NCBI GenBank assembly: GCA_029960865.1 | Contig: JASBVX010000001.1 | Span: 1-25,180 of the forward strand | Reading direction: 5' to 3' | Length of the DNA stretch: 25,180 nt | Origin: Bacillota bacterium | GTDB taxonomy: Bacteria > Bacillota > Sulfobacillia > RBS10-35 | Made by a program: the position numbers and the translations under genes | Notes under the pieces: generated by a model | Databases searched by the model: none | Told to the model about the DNA's origin: nothing | Seen by the model: the letters and a program-made list of their open reading frames with translations, nothing else | In this document: positions 22,440 to 25,180 of the stretch, piece by piece | Position numbering within the stretch: position 1 is the stretch's first letter | How the letters are laid out: each line of letters starts with the position of its first letter

Positions 22440-23885
22440 GTGCCCCTGGAGGATCTGGAAGCCAGCCGGAGGGAGAAGCTGGAGGCCCTCAAGGCCCGGG
22501 GCATCGATCCTTTTGGGGGCCGGTACGAGGTGACGGCCCATGCCCGCGAGCTCCATGAGCGCTTTTCCGCTCTGGAAGGGCGGCAGGTGCGGGTGGCGGG
22601 GCGCCTCATGGCCCTCAGGAGCCACGGGAAGGTGGCCTTTGCCGATCTCCAGGACGTGACGGGCCGCATCCAGCTGTACCTCCGGGAAGGGGAGGCCCGG
22701 GGCTTTGATCTTTTGCCCCTTTTGGATCTAGGGGATCTGATGGGGGCGGCCGGCACCCTCATGAAAACCAGGCGAGGGGAAATCAGCGTCCAGGTGGAGG
22801 AGCTCGCGTTCCTCACCAAGGCCCTGAGGCCCCTTCCGGAAAAGTGGCATGGCCTCAAGGACGTGGACCAGCGCTACCGGGAACGGGAGCTGGACCTTAT
22901 CGCCAACCCGGAAGTCCGGGAGGCCTTCATCGCCCGGGCCCGGATTATCTCCGTGATGCGCTCTGTGCTGGACGAACGGGGCTTCATCGAGGTGGAAACA
23001 CCGGTTCTGACACCCATTCCGGGAGGAGCCCGGGCGCGGCCCTTCGTCACCCATCACAACGCCCTGGATCTGGACCTCTATCTGCGGATCGCCACGGAGC
23101 TGCCGTTGAAGCGCCTTATCGTGGGGGGCCTGGAGCGGGTCTACGAGATCGGGCGGGTCTTTCGCAACGAAGGGATCTCCACCCGCCATAACCCCGAATT
23201 CACCATGCTGGAGTGCTACCAGGCCTATGCCGACTATGAGGACATGATGAAGCTCACGGAAGAGATGGTGGCGGAGATCGCCGAGAAAGTCCTGGGGAGC
23301 ACCAAGATCATCCGCCAGGGCGTGGAGCTGGATTTCACCCCGCCCTGGCGGCGGGTGACCATGGCCCAGGCGCTGGAAGAGGCAGGGGTACCCGTGGGCC
23401 GTGGGAACGAGGAAGAGCTCTTTGAAGAAGTGAAGAAGAGGGGAGGAGAACTCCCCCCTTATGCCCGGGCAGGCCACGCCTGGGAGTTTCTATTCGAAGA
23501 GCTGGTGCAGCCCTACCTGATCCAGCCCACCTTTGTCCTGGATTTCCCCATCGACATTTCGCCCTTGGCCCGGGAACGAAAGGATGCTCCCCACCTGGTG
23601 CACCGCTTTGAGGCCATCGTCCAGGGGATGGAGCTGGCCAACGCTTTCAGCGAGCTGAACGACCCCGACGAACAGCGACGGCGCTTCCAGCGGCAGGTGG
23701 AAGAGCGGCTTTTGGGGAACGAAGAAGCCCCGCCCCTGGATGAAACCTACGTCCGGTCCCTGGAATACGGCCTTCCCCCTACGGGAGGGCTGGGCATCGG
23801 CATAGATCGGCTGGTGATGCTTCTTCTGGACCAGCCCTCCATCCGCGATGTGATCCTCTTTCCCTTGATGCGTCCGAAAGGATGA
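22440..23885 (+). CDS. lysS: Lysine--tRNA ligase (class II)
   Basis: OB-fold (VRVAGRLM..R.HGK..FADLQD), RPLPEKWHGL.D...RYR, EVETPVL, GGARARPF.THHNALD, motif 2 FRNEGISTRHNPEFTMLE, and motif 3 YGLPPTGGLGIGIDRL. Confidence 0.98.
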   Translation: MPLEDLEASRREKLEALKARGIDPFGGRYEVTAHARELHERFSALEGRQVRVAGRLMALRSHGKVAFADLQDVTGRIQLYLREGEARGFDLLPLLDLGDLMGAAGTLMKTRRGEISVQVEELAFLTKALRPLPEKWHGLKDVDQRYRERELDLIANPEVREAFIARARIISVMRSVLDERGFIEVETPVLTPIPGGARARPFVTHHNALDLDLYLRIATELPLKRLIVGGLERVYEIGRVFRNEGISTRHNPEFTMLECYQAYADYEDMMKLTEEMVAEIAEKVLGSTKIIRQGVELDFTPPWRRVTMAQALEEAGVPVGRGNEEELFEEVKKRGGELPPYARAGHAWEFLFEELVQPYLIQPTFVLDFPIDISPLARERKDAPHLVHRFEAIVQGMELANAFSELNDPDEQRRRFQRQVEERLLGNEEAPPLDETYVRSLEYGLPPTGGLGIGIDRLVMLLLDQPSIRDVILFPLMRPKG

Positions 23886-23890
23886 TGACC

Positions 23891-25180
23891 ATGGAGAAAC
23901 CTTTGGCGCGGCGAGAACCGGTGGAGGAATGGATCCACGGGACGAAGGTGGTGGACCCCTATCGCTGGCTGGAAGACGACCAAGATCCCAAGGTCAAGAG
24001 CTGGGAAAGGGCCCAGACGGCCTATGCGGAAGAGACGATCCAGGGTTATGCCGCCTTCCCCTTCTTCCAAAAGAGGCTGGAAGCGATCCTTTTCTCCCAG
24101 GAGATGTTCCTTGGGGCGGTGGCCCGCGGGGATAGGGTCTTCTTTGCCCGGCGCCTCCCGCACAAGGGACAGGCCTCCCTCTGGGTCGGGGACGGGGAGG
24201 AAGAGCACCTTCTGGTGGATCCCGAAGAAAAGGCTCCCGACGGCTCCCTTTCCCTGGACTGGTGGTATCCCTCCCCTAAAGGCACCTATGTGGCCTTTGG
24301 CCTATCCCGCGACGGCACCGAAGACAGCACCCTCTACGTCCTGGAGGTGGGAAGAGGCCTTCTTTCCGAGGCCATCCCCCACACCCGCTTCGCCAGCTTG
24401 GCCTGGCTTCCCGATGAGAAGGGCTTTTATTACACCCGCCACCCCGCCCGGGGTGAAGTGCCCCATGGGGAGGAGTTCTTTCACCGCAGGGTCTTTCTCC
24501 ATATCCTAGGGAAGCCCCACGGGGAGGATCCTATGATCTACGGGGAGGGGCGGCCTTCGAAGGAGATGCCCCAGGTGTCCCTTTCTCCCGACGGGCGCCA
24601 CCTCCTGATCCTGGGTCACCAGGGCTGGCAGCGGACCGATATCTTTCTTTTGGACAGGGAAACCGAAGAGCTGAAGCCCCTCTGGGTGGATGCCGATGCC
24701 CGCTTTCAAGGGTTCATCAGCGGTCCCCATCTTTACCTGCAAACCCACCTGGATGCCCCCTACGGGCGTATCCTGCGTCTTCCCCTCGAAAAGGGGCCTG
24801 AGGCGGCCGAGGAGCTCTTTCGGGGGCGGCGGGAGAAGGTGGTGGAGGCCATGGCACCCCTGGGGGAGGGACTTCTCTTCAGCGCTCTTCAAGATGGCAT
24901 CTCCCACCTCTATTCCCTTTCCCCGCAAGGCGATGGGGAAGAGCTGCCCCTTCCCGAAGGAGGCACCGTCTCGAGCCTCTGGGGAAGCCCCTGGGAAGGG
25001 AGGGCCTTTTTTCTCTGGGAGTCTTTTCTGGAGGCTCCCCAGGTGTGGGAGGCCACCTTGGAGAAAGGACGGGCCCACCTAAAGATCTGGAAGCGGCCTC
25101 ATGGGAGCGATTTTTCCCACCTTAGAGTGGAAAGGTCGGTGAAAACGGCCCTTTCCCGGGATGGCACCCCCATCCCTGTC
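23891..25180 (+). CDS. Prolyl oligopeptidase (S9A), 3'-truncated by window edge
   Basis: Not in the ORF track because it has no stop in the window. My translation reads MEKPLARREPVEEWIHGTKVVDPYRWLED..., SLDWWYPSPKG..VAFG.S.DG.E, WLPDEKGFYY, and ends SRDGTPIPV, just before the catalytic domain. The frame is open to the end. In-frame ATGs at 23882 and 23885 overlap the lysS stop. Confidence 0.9.
   Translation, partial: MEKPLARREPVEEWIHGTKVVDPYRWLEDDQDPKVKSWERAQTAYAEETIQGYAAFPFFQKRLEAILFSQEMFLGAVARGDRVFFARRLPHKGQASLWVGDGEEEHLLVDPEEKAPDGSLSLDWWYPSPKGTYVAFGLSRDGTEDSTLYVLEVGRGLLSEAIPHTRFASLAWLPDEKGFYYTRHPARGEVPHGEEFFHRRVFLHILGKPHGEDPMIYGEGRPSKEMPQVSLSPDGRHLLILGHQGWQRTDIFLLDRETEELKPLWVDADARFQGFISGPHLYLQTHLDAPYGRILRLPLEKGPEAAEELFRGRREKVVEAMAPLGEGLLFSALQDGISHLYSLSPQGDGEELPLPEGGTVSSLWGSPWEGRAFFLWESFLEAPQVWEATLEKGRAHLKIWKRPHGSDFSHLRVERSVKTALSRDGTPIPV

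Noticed and set aside
1-25180. CRISPR arrays, tRNA/rRNA genes, IS elements, integrases or defence systems
   Set aside because: I saw no spaced direct repeats, cloverleaf signatures, transposase or recombinase motifs, or abrupt composition shifts. Almost the whole window is explained by coding genes.

Overview
A roughly 65% GC (estimated by eye), very tightly packed chromosomal segment from a spore-forming Bacillota. It follows the conserved spoIIE-tilS-ftsH...birA-coaX-greA-lysS backbone, but that backbone has been remodelled. hpt (normally before ftsH) and dusB (normally before greA) are absent. ymfF/ymfH-type M16 proteins, an orphan hutH and a membrane-anchored beta-propeller protein sit between ftsH and a biotin ligase, and the panG(DUF2520)-panB-panC operon is inverted and divergent from coaX. 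The left end carries a partial acyl-CoA dehydrogenase, an EamA-bshA pair, a MocA-like nucleotidyltransferase, a pterin carbinolamine dehydratase and a HAD-Nudix fusion. The right end carries greA-lysS behind a perfect sigma-A promoter and a partial prolyl oligopeptidase. I saw no rRNA, tRNA, CRISPR array or mobile element. The strongest leads are (1) a biotin ligase whose N-terminus looks like an eroded FolK (HPPK) piece and/or eroded wHTH, (2) an acyl-ACP-reductase-like (COG5322-type) enzyme retaining the catalytic Cys motif with no deformylating oxygenase nearby, (3) a capless HAD fused to a Nudt19-like acyl-CoA diphosphatase, and (4) a SpoIIE with an apparently shortened regulatory domain. 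All family assignments come from motif recognition by eye; no database searches were run.
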